64,000 nucleotides of DNA, taken from Octopus sinensis (taxonomy: Eukaryota). Position numbers and translations under genes: made by a program. The stretch is from contig NC_043000.1 of NCBI RefSeq assembly GCF_006345805.1, positions 114,018,001 to 114,082,000 of the forward strand. Direction: 5' to 3'. How positions within the stretch are numbered: the stretch's first letter is position 1; each line of letters starts with the position of its first letter. Positions 11,808-25,365 of this stretch are shown here, one piece after another. The notes below the pieces were generated by a model that was given only the letters and a program-made list of their open reading frames with translations, was not told the DNA's origin and searched no databases.

Positions 11808-12736
11808 CAGCTGGTCACGGGAGCAACAGTTATGCTTGCGCTTGAAATAACACCGAATCTGTCTTTATCTAAACTCTGTTGCTTTTACAAAAAGGAGGAA
11901 ACACTAATAAACATTATTTTAGATGCACAGTGCCTGAAAAAAAAGACATGGGACAGGTCTGCAAAATATGGCCTGACTTGTTGCTAAGCAACAATAACGG
12001 CATTAATAACAACAACAATAACAACATGAGGTATTATTATTAACTTTAATATTCTGCAGAGAAAGTTCTCCACATTGCTACGAATAAAAAAAGTATTTTT
12101 GCTCAATATAACGTGGTTTTCACTGTTTTCTTATGTGTTGTGTAAGTGATATGACAATCAACTAATACACTAGCTGAGATTATTTCTTAATCTCTTCGGT
12201 TTATCGAGGTTAAATAAAGCTAAGTTCCAGATCAAAAACAAAGAAATCTGCTCTCAGCCAGACATTCCCTCGAAACCTTTGAAGAATATTTAAAATTCTG
12301 AGAGGAAATATGCTGATAATTGGGGGTTTTCAAAATATATATATAAATATAAATGCATATAAAAATTAATGCTGAAATAAGAAATGCTCCAAGTGTAAAG
12401 TATATTTATAAAGAATTCAATCAAAAGGGAAATTCTGAGATATTAATTTAGTACACTAAAATAGGACTTTAGTTATACATTTTGAATTGTTTATGACCGG
12501 GCATTTTGTATTCGTGGCCCGATAGACGCGCGTTTCAGATGGGAATGGATGGTGGAATTGGTTTTATCCAAAGAAGAAAGAAGTGGTAAGAGGTGCTCAG
12601 TATAATTCTTTCTTCCAAGTGGAGAGAACATGATTATTTTTTCTGTTCCGAAAAGGCAGTTACCAAATATGGCGAACACATTGGCAACGACGAGTACATA
12701 GTCTCCAAAATACAGCATTCCGACATCACCGGGTCG

Positions 12737-12737
<1 letters not shown>

Positions 12738-12767
<30 letters not shown>

Positions 12768-12794
12768 CCTCTCTTCCCCACCTCTCTCTCTCTG

Positions 12795-12847
<53 letters not shown>

Positions 12848-12862
12848 TTATCTATCTATCTA

Positions 12863-12893
<31 letters not shown>

Positions 12894-12894
12894 G

Positions 12895-12955
<61 letters not shown>

Positions 12956-13017
12956 CCATCCATCCATCCATCCATCCATCCATTAAAGCATCCATCCATC
13001 CATCCATCCATCCATCC

Positions 13018-13062
<45 letters not shown>

Positions 13063-13165
13063 GCTAGCTAGCTAGCTAGCTAGCTAGCTATCTAGCTATC
13101 TATCTGTCTAACTATCTATTTATCTCTCTCCCTCCCTCCCTCTCTCTTTCACACACACACACACA
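12738..13165 (+). repeat. Compound microsatellite (TC, TATC, TGTC, TCCA, TAGC, CA)
   Basis: Directly visible. Confidence 0.95.
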
Positions 13166-13628
13166 CGATTCAAAATTGCAAAGGAGAGATTCAATAATAC
13201 CAACTTCTACTGGAAATCAATGATCACTTCGTTACGTGTCACGTGTAACCCGTACGGCCCGGAGTCATAGCAACCTTAATCTGCTACGAAATCCTCCAAA
13301 TAATCATAGATGAAGCAAAAAGCAAGTAAGAGAATCACCATCAATAAACAATTCCATAAGATACTACACATCAATTTTTGCCAGACACCGATCTGATAAA
13401 GTTCAAAAGAAAAACAGAAAAGTTTAACGTCCAACGATAATCGTTTTATGAAACCGGTCGTATTTTTTGATAACTGAGACAATCTACCGTATTGGTCGCT
13501 TCTCGTGTCCCCCCACCACACAAAAATACCGACCCCAGATCGGTCACCATACAGTAACAACGCGTACAAACAGGTCACCTGCTATCGCAACATTGTAGAG
13601 ATATTCTTGCAGGTCTATATGTATTACC

Positions 13629-13887
13629 GTGGAGGCGCGTGCTTAGTGGCTAGGGTGTCAGCATCATGATCGTTAGATTGTGGTTTCGATTCCTGGACCG
13701 GGCGACGCATTGTGTTCTTGAGCAAAACACTTCAATTCACGTTGCTCCAGTCCCCTCAGCTGGCAAAAATAAGTAACGCTGCGATGGACTGGCGTCCCGT
13801 CCAGCTGCGCAACACATACGTCATAAAAACCGCGAAACCGGGCCCATGAGCCTGGTTAGACTTTAAAAGGGCGCATTTATTTATTAT
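13629..13887 (+). mobile_element. tRNA-derived SINE with V-domain-like core
   Basis: A-box-like gcttagtgg, B-box-like gtttcgattcc, ctgcgatggactggcgtcccgtccag core, TTA tail; 13-bp TSD tatatgtattacc. Confidence 0.85.
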
Positions 13888-14084
13888 TATATGTATTACC
13901 ATGTAAGATCTATAATGTGTTGGACCTTAGACAGAGAGCCATTTGTAAACTGGACATCTGCGTTAAAACAAAACTCATAGAATTGCTTTCTCGGTTAAAG
14001 AACAACTGGGGAAATATCATGACGTTGCGGTGACGATTAAGATCATAGAATGGAACACTGAGAGTTTAAGGAATAGTGAGGCTG

Positions 14085-14280
14085 ACATCGGTTTCAAATT
14101 TTGGTACAAGGCCAGTAATTTCAGGGGGAGGGAGTAAATTGATTACATCAGTCCCCAGCTCTCACTGGTACTTATTTTACCGACCCCGAAAGTATGAAAA
14201 GCAGAGTCGACCTCGGCAGAATTTGAACTCAGAACTTAGAGACGGGCTTCCTAACGATTCTGCCAGCTCGCCGACTTCAA
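14085..14280 (-). mobile_element. SINE family B
   Basis: Family body, alternative tail. Confidence 0.78.
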
Positions 14281-14287
14281 TGTGGTT

Positions 14288-14386
14288 AAAATTTATAATA
14301 TATAATCTACGATTGTCAACAAAATTTATAATATATAATCTACGATTGTCAATAAAATTTATAATATATAATCTACGATTGTCAAC
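14288..14386 (+). repeat. 33-bp minisatellite x3
   Basis: aaaatttataatatataatctacgattgtcaac repeated head to tail, one substitution. Confidence 0.95.
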
Positions 14387-14859
14387 AACTGTGCAACGCT
14401 AACTACCAAATAAAACACTGAATCCAATCTGCGCATGTTGCACCCAGCATCTCATTCTCATATACGAATGGAGACCAGGTTTGAATGTATCTTTCAGTTT
14501 TCCCTCGAGAAGGGATGTATTGACCCGAAATATTGAAACAAAGTAAATGAGTAAATCTTTATCCATTTTTTTTTCTTTGGTGATTCCGTTGTCTTCGATT
14601 TGCATTGTAGTGGCTTTATAAGAATTTTAAAATATATTTCGAAGTTATAGAATTACATAGGGTCTAGATTAATACTCTCTGAAATCTATTAAGGTTTTAT
14701 AAGCTGCATACATACACACACACTTATATACATACATGCATACACATACACAAATATACATACGTATATGTATAATTGAAGGTATTTGGCTTCATGTCAG
14801 TATACATATATATGTATCTGTGTATATGTGTATTACACATGCAGAAGTAAATATATGAT

Positions 14860-14918
<59 letters not shown>

Positions 14919-14957
14919 TATATATATATTGATATATATATATAATTATATATACTG

Positions 14958-14990
<33 letters not shown>

Positions 14991-15491
14991 TATATAATAT
15001 TGATATATATATATATATATTATATATAAATAATATATATTATATATATATATATATATATAAAAGCATTGATCAGAGGACAAACATCAAATTCGAGTGA
15101 ACGAATTTATATAACACCAGGCCTCCTAACATTTGATCATGTATATATATTACCATGGCCTCTAACATATAAAGAGAATATATATATTAAAAACACACAA
15201 GATTAAAAATATACATTCAAATAAAAATACAAATATATGGAGCGGCCTATCAAGAATCGACTAAAAATTCTAAAGCGTGTGATGCAACTAAACACCTAAA
15301 TAAAAATTTCAATCGACTAAATTAATTCTTTTTTAAACTCCTCCAAATTAAAAAGTTGCTGACTTGAATTCGATGTCTGGTCTCTGACCAATGTTTTTTT
15401 TATCTCTGTCTCAATTACATTTGAGCACTTTTTTTTGCAGTCATATAAACCCTTTTGTCTCCATAAAAAGAGGCATAAATTATCTCTTGTC

Positions 15492-15551
<60 letters not shown>

Positions 15552-15659
15552 ATATATACACTTCTAATATAATTTAAAATTTTCGAAAAATTTTTTTATC
15601 AATGGCCAGCATATTAAAAAATACCTTTAAAGGTTAAATTTATAAATAACTTATAAAAC

Positions 15660-15888
15660 AAGGCCAAAAGAAAAAATTCTAATGCCAAATATGCCGAAAT
15701 TAAACAAATTATCAATAACCATTATAATTTATCACTATAAACACGCGTCTCGAAGTAAGCCGACAGAAATTTCTAAAAAAATTCAGTTATTACTTCGAGA
15801 CGCGTGTTTATAGTGATAAATTATAATAGTTATTGACAATTTGTCTATTTTCGGCATATTTGGCATTAGAATGTTTTCTTTTGCCCTT

Positions 15889-15889
<1 letters not shown>
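15660..15889. repeat. ~100-bp inverted repeat, ~31-nt loop
   Basis: 15660-15758 vs 15790-15889. Confidence 0.9.
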
Positions 15890-15924
<35 letters not shown>

Positions 15925-16261
15925 AACATACACACATACACATATATATATACACGCACACGCACACGCACACACACAAACACACACCAAACACACACAC
16001 ACACACACACACACACCACACACACACACATTATTATATATATATATATATATTTCTAAGGTTAGTTGCCCGATTTTCAGTTCAATTTTTCCTGTAGCAA
16101 GTGGATATAAGTGGATAATCAGTATATTGGCTTTAGAAAATATCTTCTTTAGCCCTTTCTTATAAGATCTTCATATTTCAACCGTAAAGGGTTTTTTAAT
16201 ATACTGCCACACTTCCTGATGGAATTCTTTTCTGTAGAGAAAGGGGCTTATCCTATATTTG

Positions 16262-16315
<54 letters not shown>

Positions 16316-16824
16316 TATATATATATATATTATATATATAATGTATATATATAAGTATATAATATATATATATATGTAATTATATGTATATGTATATATG
16401 TGTGTTTGTATTATGGTGTATGCAAAAAAAAAAGAAAACAGTACTTCTTTGGCCAAGTTCATCTGTAGGACATACAGACTACTCCATTTCACTGTCCATG
16501 AAAGATAATGCTCTTCCTTACAGGCAGATGTTGTGGTAGTTTTAATTTGTGCTTGATGAATACGCTGGAAATACTCAATGGTACGCCCAACTTAATTAAT
16601 ATGTATAACGATTTTATTAATCGGCAGTTCACACTTTTAATAAAGCATTCCCAAAATTTCTACACAAAAGTCCGACATAATTAACTAAAATCTGAATAGG
16701 ATCAATGCTATCTCACTTTTTAAAGATTATCCAACTTCGTGCTTCAATTATCTATTATACATACCAAGTACTTATTCCATAACTAATTGTTCATCTTTAA
16801 TCTAATCTCTAACTATTGCACCTA

Positions 16825-17048
16825 TAGCGGTGGGCTCCCCGCCACATGGCTCCGGGTTCAGTCCCACTGCGTCTTCTACTATAACCTCGGGCCGATCAAA
16901 GTCTTGTCGGTAGATGGTAGACGAAAATTGAAAGAAAAACCCGTCGTATATATATATAATATGTATGTATGATATATATTAATTATATCTATATATATAT
17001 ATATAATAGGATGTAGTATGGAATATGTATGTATATATATATATATAT

Positions 17049-17089
<41 letters not shown>

Positions 17090-17276
17090 AAGAATCGCCC
17101 ATGTCAAATTTATATGTATAGATATATATCTGTGTATACATATATAGATATATATATTATATATATATATATTATATGTATATAATATATATTATATATA
17201 TATATATATATATAAAAATATATATATATATAATATATAGATATATATATATATATAATATATATAATATATATAT

Positions 17277-17320
<44 letters not shown>

Positions 17321-17800
17321 TAGATATATATGTGTATACATATAATATATATATATATTATATATATTAATTTATATATATATATATATAATATATATAT
17401 ATATTTAATATAATATTATATATAATATTATATATATATATAAATATATATATATATATGTATTTATATATATACATATATGTATATATATACATATATG
17501 TATATATGTAGATATGTATATATATATATATATTATATATATATATATATAATATATATATATATGTGTATATATTATATATATATATTATATATAATAC
17601 ATATATATAATATAATATATATAGATGTGTCTATATATTTATGTATGCGTGTGTCCTTGTGTCTGTGTCCCCATAATCTAGCGGTTCGGCAATAGAGACT
17701 AATGTTCAGGTGTCGATTTGTTCGATTAAAACCCTTCAACGCGGTGCTCTAGCATGGCCGCAGTCAAATGAGTGAAAAAAGTAAAAGAGTAAAAGAAAAT
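16825..17800 (+). mobile_element. SINE family A with internal microsatellite expanded to about 700 bp
   Basis: 5' half 16825-16950, (TA)n 16950-17640, 3' half 17640-17800. Confidence 0.75.
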
Positions 17801-17809
17801 ATATACATA

Positions 17810-17875
17810 CAGTAATCCCTCGACTATCGCGGGTGTTACGTCCCAAAAACCCCGTGCGATAGGCCCTTGAGTAAC
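17810..17875 (+). mobile_element. Tigger/pogo-like terminal fragment
   Basis: ta|cagtaatccctcgactatcgcgggtgttacgtcc resembles a Tigger-type TIR after TA; other end not found. Confidence 0.4.
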
Positions 17876-18009
17876 TCCGTTGCTTCTGCTAAATATTAAT
17901 TTTTAAAAATAACTATACTTGTACTGATGTTTTGAGTTCTACTTTTCCTGTTTGTACCTCAATACCAATTTATACATACATATACACACATGCGATGTGT
18001 ATATATAGG

Positions 18010-18246
18010 TGTGCGTGTGTGTGAATCTTTGTCCTCCACCATCGCATGACAACCGGTGTTGATTTGTTTACGTCCCCATAACTTAGCGGTTCGGCAAAAG
18101 AGACAGATAAATTAAGTACCAGGCTTTAAAAAAAATAAAAGGAAATATTGGAGGCGATTTTATTCGAGTAAAAAATTCTTTAAAGAGGTGCTCCAGCATG
18201 GCCGCAGTCTAATGACTGAGACAAATAAAAAAGATTAAATGTACAT

Positions 18247-18289
<43 letters not shown>

Positions 18290-18493
18290 GGTAGCAGGAG
18301 TGGCTGTGTGGTAAGTAGCTTGCTTACCAACCACATGGTTCCAGGTTCAGTCTCATTGCGTGACACCTTGGGCAAGTGTCTTCTACTATAGCCTCGGGCC
18401 GACCAAATCCTTGCGGGTGGATTTGGTAGCGCGGAAAATTGAAAGAAGCCCACCGTATATATATATATATATATATATATATCATATATATAT

Positions 18494-18528
<35 letters not shown>

Positions 18529-18680
18529 GAGAGATGTATATTGTCGTGTTGTGTGTATGTTTGTGTGTATGTGTTTGTCCCCCACCATCGCTTGACAACC
18601 GATGGTGGCGTGTCTACGTCGGTGCTGCAAAAGAGACCGATAGAATAAGTACTAGGCTTACAAAGAATATGTCCTGGGGG
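18010..18680 (+). mobile_element. Two adjacent SINE family A copies (3' half 18010-18235; near-full 18290-18680)
   Basis: Family head, core and tail blocks. Confidence 0.8.
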
Positions 18681-18771
18681 CTTGCATAAACACACAAACA
18701 CGCAAACACACACACAATTACTACCTGACACAGGTAAAATCTAAGATACATACGTATATATTATATATATA

Positions 18772-18804
<33 letters not shown>

Positions 18805-18846
18805 TTGGAAATGGACGCGTCGCGTTCAATTAAATGGTAATGTACC

Positions 18847-18878
<32 letters not shown>

Positions 18879-20495
18879 CACACACATGTAAATGCATAAC
18901 TACATACATACATACATACATACATACATAACATACATACATACATACATACATACATACATACATACGTACATACATACATACATACATACATACATTC
19001 ATTCATACATATATATATAATTCAGTTTTGGGGGATTAATTGATATGCGGGAATTCTATTTCAGATAATGCAAAAAAGAACCCTAATGCGTATATCTGAA
19101 AGTAAACTCATGGTATCCATTTGCACATCACGAAATCATACTTTAAAGGATATAATCAGTATATCAGCAGGGTATATACTATACTGCCTTAATTATCTCC
19201 TACTTCAGTTAACACTTAAATTCATTATGACGGAACTACACGTGTTTCAGTATTGGAAGATTACAATATATATACATACACACAAATGTACACATATATA
19301 AATATCTATATGCAATCATCAGGTTTGCAATTGTTCCAACACATCTTCAGGTTCTTTTTCAAAGTATTGTTAATCTAATTTTACATCCCTTTAAAAAAAT
19401 AAATTAAGCAATAAATTAAACATTGAACATTAAAAATTCAAAATTCAAAATTCAAAATTCAAAATAAAAATTATACTATGTAATATTAAGAATTAAAACT
19501 TATAAATTGTACATTATAAATATGAATTGGTATATATATATCAACCTTATAAAGTCAAGTATATGTCAAATACAAAATATAAAATATAAGATTATACATC
19601 AGAATAAAAATGCCTGTGTGTTTAAATGTGAAATATAACAAGATACTTTGTATATTTCTAGATAAATATATAAATATATGATAAAGAAGACCCCAAGGTA
19701 CGATATGCAGATACATGTAATTCTGAAGGGTTGTACCTGATTAATTTGGAAATTCGTTTTCCCAATTATATATATATATATATTTATAATTAAATAGTTG
19801 TCCATAAATAAGAAAGAAAGCACCTTCTAAAATAGAAATAAGGCAGTTATATCTTTATATTGTCGGGCAGTATATTTCCGATTATGGTATGTAACTGAGG
19901 AGAATGTTATCAACGGCTTCAGCATATCTGAGGAGCAGTGAATATTGTCATGAGCAATATTCTGTATGAAACCATCGGTAACATAATGATCAGTTATACT
20001 GCATAGCCAGATATATACAGTTCGACAATAAAATATGTATAAATATAAGTAACTTCACTATCTTACAGCTGTTTTTCTATACGGAGCAATGCTCTCTCAA
20101 CTGAATATGTATGTATTTTTGCGCTTCATGTTTGAAGCACCAATAAAACTATAAGGTAACGCCAAAATATTCAAATATGAGTGCTTTGCACTTCATAGCT
20201 GAAACAGCTGCAAGGTTATGAAGTTCATGGCATAATTTCTTTTCCTTTTTCATTTTAATTTTCTTTCTTATTGTTCTGTACTCGACTGACTCTTTGTTCT
20301 GAGGAAAATGTATACTGAGTTCTAACACCAGGTTATTAGTATCGCTACAACTAAGCGAAACAATAACACACATACACACATATATGTTTGTGTGTATGTA
20401 TGTAATACATATGTATGTGTGTGCGTATATATATATATATCTATGAATGTATATGTATATGCATGTATGTCTATGTCTATATATATATGTATATA

Positions 20496-20574
<79 letters not shown>

Positions 20575-20576
<2 letters not shown>

Positions 20577-21387
20577 GGGAGTATAACTCCAAACTTACAG
20601 GGAAAAATTCAATTTAGTATTAAATCAAATTTCACAATATAAATATATAATATATATAAATTAGAGAAAAATCACGATTATGTAATTCAAACAATGATAG
20701 ACATAAAACATATCGTACAGAAAAAATAAAATATATAATGAAATATTTATCTAGATCACAAAAAGTACGTAATAATAAATAAACAGTATATAATAAGTAA
20801 AAAGACTACGTAGCTTTCGTGGCTATAACTTCAATTCGAATTTTAATTAAATTTAAATTTAATCGATCCAAAAACAATTCAATTTAAAAGTATAGTCACT
20901 CCTCAGGTCAACAATAATAACAATAATAGTTAAATAAATACATACTTTTAATAAATAATCAAACAGAATTAAACAATATTTCTTAAATAAATAAAAACAT
21001 GATTCTTCTTATAGAAGAAACTCCGTTAACTAAAGTTGCAGCTTAAAAAGTAGGACCAGGTGTTTATAATAGATTTATCACCTTAAAGACCTAAGGTAAA
21101 AAAATAGAGTAAATATATAGAAATATGCATTTTATCTGTGAAGATATATTTTAGCTTTGAGAATTATTTAAACAAACTATAGTATATCTTTACTGGAAAA
21201 AATATAAGAGTCCAATTATAAGAGTCTTTTTTTACTTATATACCGTTTATTATACTTATATACTGTTTATTTATTGTTATGTAATTTTTGTGGTCTAGAT
21301 AAATATTTTATGATATATTTTATTTTTTTATATATTGCTTTATACCTATCATTGTTTGAATTACATAATAGTGATTTTTCTCTAATT

Positions 21388-21392
<5 letters not shown>
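20575..21392. mobile_element. Penelope-like remnant with inverted arms (about 20650-20810 / 21225-21390); related piece at 42625-42850
   Basis: tatataaattagagaaaaatcac...atttatctagatcac block and its reverse complement; (TA)n flanks. Confidence 0.65.
20805..20912 (-). ncRNA. Hammerhead-like motif with extended stem II
   Basis: CUGAGGA-GUGACUAUA...UAUAGCCAC-GAA-AGCU-A; 8 of 9 stem II pairs; stem I unresolved. Confidence 0.45.
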
Positions 21393-21449
<57 letters not shown>

Positions 21450-21657
21450 GTATGTATGAATGTATATGTATATATTTATGAGTGCGTTTACATATGTATA
21501 CACAGATACGAAAAACAGTTCGTGTATATGTGCAAGTATGTATGTGCGTATGCTTGTGCGTGTGTGTATATATTTATACGCACAAATATACATAAATATA
21601 TATCAATATAAATATATGTATATTTTAATATTTACAATGGATCTATATAATATATAC

Positions 21658-21691
<34 letters not shown>

Positions 21692-21924
21692 GTATGTATA
21701 TATATATATTCATTTACTTTGTCATGTAAGCCAGAAAGACTATCGTTTTGAAGAATATTATGAATATTCATGAGATGGAGTCCAATTCCTATCACATACA
21801 GGTTTAAATATGTTCTGGGTTTGCACACGGATGAAGTTAAACTTGATATTTCTGTGACGTTCGCGTCTCGTGGCTCAGCAGTTGAAATTTAGGGGGTTTA
21901 CGTCGTCGAGTATTGAACCCGCAG

Positions 21925-21980
21925 CTAAATTTTGTCGCCTGATGGCGTCTCGGCGTCAAATGTGAACGCTATAAGAATCA
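21925..21980 (-). CDS. MFS transporter terminal coding exon: (V)ILIAFTFDAETPSGDKI*
   Basis: Strong acceptor ttttcttttaattgcag|TG completes the phase-1 codon, finishes TM12 and ends in TAG; summed exons = 1773 nt, divisible by 3. Confidence 0.8.
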
Positions 21981-22077
21981 CTGCAATTAAAAGAAAATGT
22001 GAAAAATATTGTAAGGATAGTTTGTAAATGATTTAGACTTATAATGATAGATATGTATACACATACACACTCGCGCA

Positions 22078-22425
22078 CGGCGGAATTTGAACTCAGAACG
22101 TAGCGGCAAACGAAATACCTATTTCTTTACTACCCACAAGGGGCTAAACACAGAGAGGACAATCAATGACAGACAAACGAATTAAGTCGATTATATCGAC
22201 CCCAGTGCGTAACTGGTACTTATTTAATCGACCCCGAAAAGATGAAAGGCAAAGTCGACCTGAGTTCAAATTCCGCCGAGATCGACTTTGCCTTTCATCC
22301 TTTCGGGGTCGATTAAATAAGTACCACTTACGCACTGGGGTCGATATAATCGACTTAATCCGATTGTCTGTCCTTCTTTGTCCCCTCTATGTTTAGCCCC
22401 CTGTGGGCAATAAAGAAATAAATAA
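22078..22425. mobile_element. Inverted (head-to-head) SINE family B pair forming ~125-bp arms
   Basis: 22135-22260 is the reverse complement of 22279-22408; 18-nt spacer. Confidence 0.85.
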
Positions 22426-22835
22426 CATAGCAGTTTAAATATTGTTCACTTCTAAACAGTGTTTTTTTTTCGGTCTGACGTTTAGCTAAAAGGAACACTG
22501 TTGTTCTAGTTTCGTTAAACTAACAAACAAAAATGCCATCAAAACATAACAAGTGTTTACAAAATAAAGGGTTCTGATTGAGGTCAGTCAGAAAATTGAG
22601 AGCAGAATTTTCATGGAAATTTTTATAAAATTAGTAGCTTTAGTAAGCAGCAATCTGGAAGGATCGTTTGCTCGCCAGGCAAAACGCTTACTGGCATTTC
22701 ACTCAGTACCACCGACCCCAAAACTTAAGCTGTTACTTTAGTTTATCGACCCACGGAATGGATGAAAGGCAAAAATGAACGAAAGAAGCGAGGGACCTGA
22801 AACGAACAATAACAGCAGTTAACCCTGATGTTTTA

Positions 22836-23087
22836 TTGGGTTGTCCGGAAAGTTCGTGCCGATTTATAGTAGCTTACCTTTCGACTTATTTTAGAACTTG
22901 GCCGATGAATTCTTTGCCATGAAACCACCTCAATCCTGTGAAGAGGATGTTTTCAAGTTAAAGGAAAGATGAAGGCGCATTGTGCAACAAAACGGTTCAT
23001 ATTTGGTTGATTAAAAATGTAATGGCAAGTATTTATTGACCTTTTTCTTTCATTTAAAAGTCGGCATGAACTTTCCGGACAACCCAG
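22836..23087 (+). mobile_element. Internally deleted mariner element
   Basis: About 27-bp TIRs ttgggttgtccggaaagttcgtgccga / tcggcatgaactttccggacaacccag, TA on both sides, remnant FKLKER*RRIVQQNGSYLVD* of the mariner transposase C-terminus. Confidence 0.88.
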
Positions 23088-23433
23088 TATATTGAATCTG
23101 GTCGGGACGGGGTTCAGGAATTACAACATCATGCTTGTTATAGTTGATAAATTGGATGTACCTTATGCGTATGTATCTCTGTGTTTTTGTGCTTGTATGT
23201 GTGTGTGTACGTGTGTGTGTGTACGTGTGTGTGTGGGGGGTGTCTATTGTTGCTAGAAATATCAACAAGAGAATAATGTCTTATCTCTTTACTTAACAAT
23301 TGTCGCTTGTTTTCAAGACATTAAAATACAAAGAAGCACCGCTAATATTGTTACACACACATCTTAGCCAGCCACACATACACACACGCGTGAGAGTTTT
23401 GTGAGTGGAATAACGTTATATATATATAGTCAT

Positions 23434-23466
<33 letters not shown>

Positions 23467-23509
23467 ATATATATATATATATATTATAATATATATATAT
23501 ATTATATAT

Positions 23510-23560
<51 letters not shown>

Positions 23561-23880
23561 TATATATATACACACATGCACACATACATAATATATATGT
23601 GCAAAAATAAGTTGTACCTGTATTTCAAAAAGGGGCCAGCCTTGTCACATTCTGGGCCACGCTGAATCTCCCTGAGAACTATGTTAAGTATACACGTGTC
23701 TGTGGAGTGCTCAGCCACATGCTGTTCCGTTGATTGGATCATCTGAAACCCTCGTCTTAACCGACGGAGTGCCAGTTTTTTTTATATGTTATATGTGTGT
23801 ATATGTGTATCCAGGTGTATGCGTGCGGGTATAGATACTAATAATAATGATAATAATAATAATAATAATAATAATATAAT

Positions 23881-24435
23881 GCCCTGATGCAGTACCAGGC
23901 AGTGGCTCTCATGGCTTCTGATCTTAACTGATTGGAAGTGTTATCATGTACATTGTTTTGTCTTGGTATAAAAGATGGGCTACAGCAAATATTCTGCTCA
24001 GTACCACAGATTTGCTTGTCAGTTGTTTGACCTTAACCAGTTGAGCATGTCCCTTAGTGGCTGACGATATGTGCATCTCTGATCACGAGCAGAAGTAGTG
24101 TGGGGAGCATCATAGCCATGTGTTGAGAGGGATTCTTTGGGGTTTGAATAGTTCACCTCTGGAAACATGGGTGGTTCTTTCAACATCCTTAAACAACCCT
24201 TATTCAGGGACCGTTTGAGCGGGATGGGCTACTCAACCTGAAGAAAATTCTAACTGGGCCCCACCTGCAAGGTCATAAGCTGTTTATCTTGATATGAGAT
24301 CACCATGTCACGCACATATGGTTGTGATGCATGTGCCTGGTGTACCTTTATCAGACGGGTAGTCATGATGGGTATATTGGGCTTCGTATATTTTACCCCA
24401 GTGTCACTTTGATGGCATGAACTGCTCTCTCACTC

Positions 24436-24436
<1 letters not shown>
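23881..24436 (-). mobile_element. ~560-bp non-coding interspersed repeat inserted in (AAT)n
   Basis: Flanked both sides by (AAT)n; homologous copies at 49073-49402 and 5632-5845 in opposite orientation. Confidence 0.8.
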
Positions 24437-24475
<39 letters not shown>

Positions 24476-25017
24476 GTTCCTTCTTGAGCCATGCCAGGCT
24501 CATAAGGGCCGGTTTTCCGGTTTCAGTGGCGTATATATTCCCCACCTGTACGGGACCCTTGTCCGTCGCAGGGTAACTCATTTTTGCCAGCTGAGTGGAC
24601 TGGAGAAACGTGGCCCCTCCCCCAAAATTTCGGGCCTTGTGCCTAGAGTAGAAAAGGATATTAGTAGCTTTAGTAAGCAGGAACCTGGAAGGATCGTTTG
24701 CTCGCCAGGCAAAAACGCTTACTGGCATTTCATTGGTCTTAACGTTCTGAGTTCAATTTTTACAGAGGTCGGCTTTATCTTTCGGGGTCAGTAAAACAAG
24801 CACCAGTCGAACATTGGAGTTGATGTATTCGACAAACCCTTCCTCCGAAATTACTGGCCTTGTGTCAAATTTTGAAACTAATATTAACAGTTTCAACAAG
24901 ACATACATACATACATGCATACATACATACATACATACATACATACATGCATACATATGCTTATGTATTTATTTATACATGTAAGTGATAAGGGGGAGGG
25001 GGTTCATGAGTACATAC

Positions 25018-25117
25018 CGATAATTGAGAGACCTCCAGTTAGAAAGAACATTCCATCCCAACCAATTGTTTCTTTGAGTTCTACGGTGAGAACAGCTCCG
25101 ATGGCACTGGAAACAGT
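25018..25117 (-). CDS. MFS transporter exon: TVSSAIGAVLTVELKETIGWDGMFFLTGGLSII
   Basis: Acceptor tcttcctcag|ACT, donor G|gtatgt; 100 nt, ends phase 1; GW..MF motif preceding TM12. Confidence 0.88.
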
Positions 25118-25230
25118 CTGAGGAAGAGGAAAGGAGAAAAATAAGTGAGAAATGAAAGGGATGGTGAAGGAGGAGTGGAGGAGGATGAGGAGAAGAAGAA
25201 GAAGATATCTAACAATTGATACATGCATGA

Positions 25231-25281
<51 letters not shown>

Positions 25282-25365
25282 AGGTTGAAAAGGAACACAC
25301 GAGTTGATATATATGGAAAAAAAGTCAAGATAGAAAATGCTAAAATAATTTTATAAAAAACATTT

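Noticed and set aside
14288-14386. CRISPR-like direct repeats (also the 184-bp array)
   Set aside because: Units are contiguous without unique spacers, the context is eukaryotic and there are no cas genes.
14500-14545. Hammerhead-like motif (..CCUCGAGA-A-GGG..CCC-GAAAUAUU-GAAAC)
   Set aside because: The core needs an insertion plus substitutions to fit CUGANGA; too degenerate to count.
20320-20360. Alternative last exon candidate (VAILITWC*), and a similar one near 23310-23340
   Set aside because: Weak acceptors; the 21925-21980 exon has a much better polypyrimidine tract and a plausible C-terminal tail.
24330-24436. HDV-like ribozyme at the 5' end of the (AAT)n-targeting element
   Set aside because: Could not build the P1/P1.1/P3 nested pseudoknot by eye.
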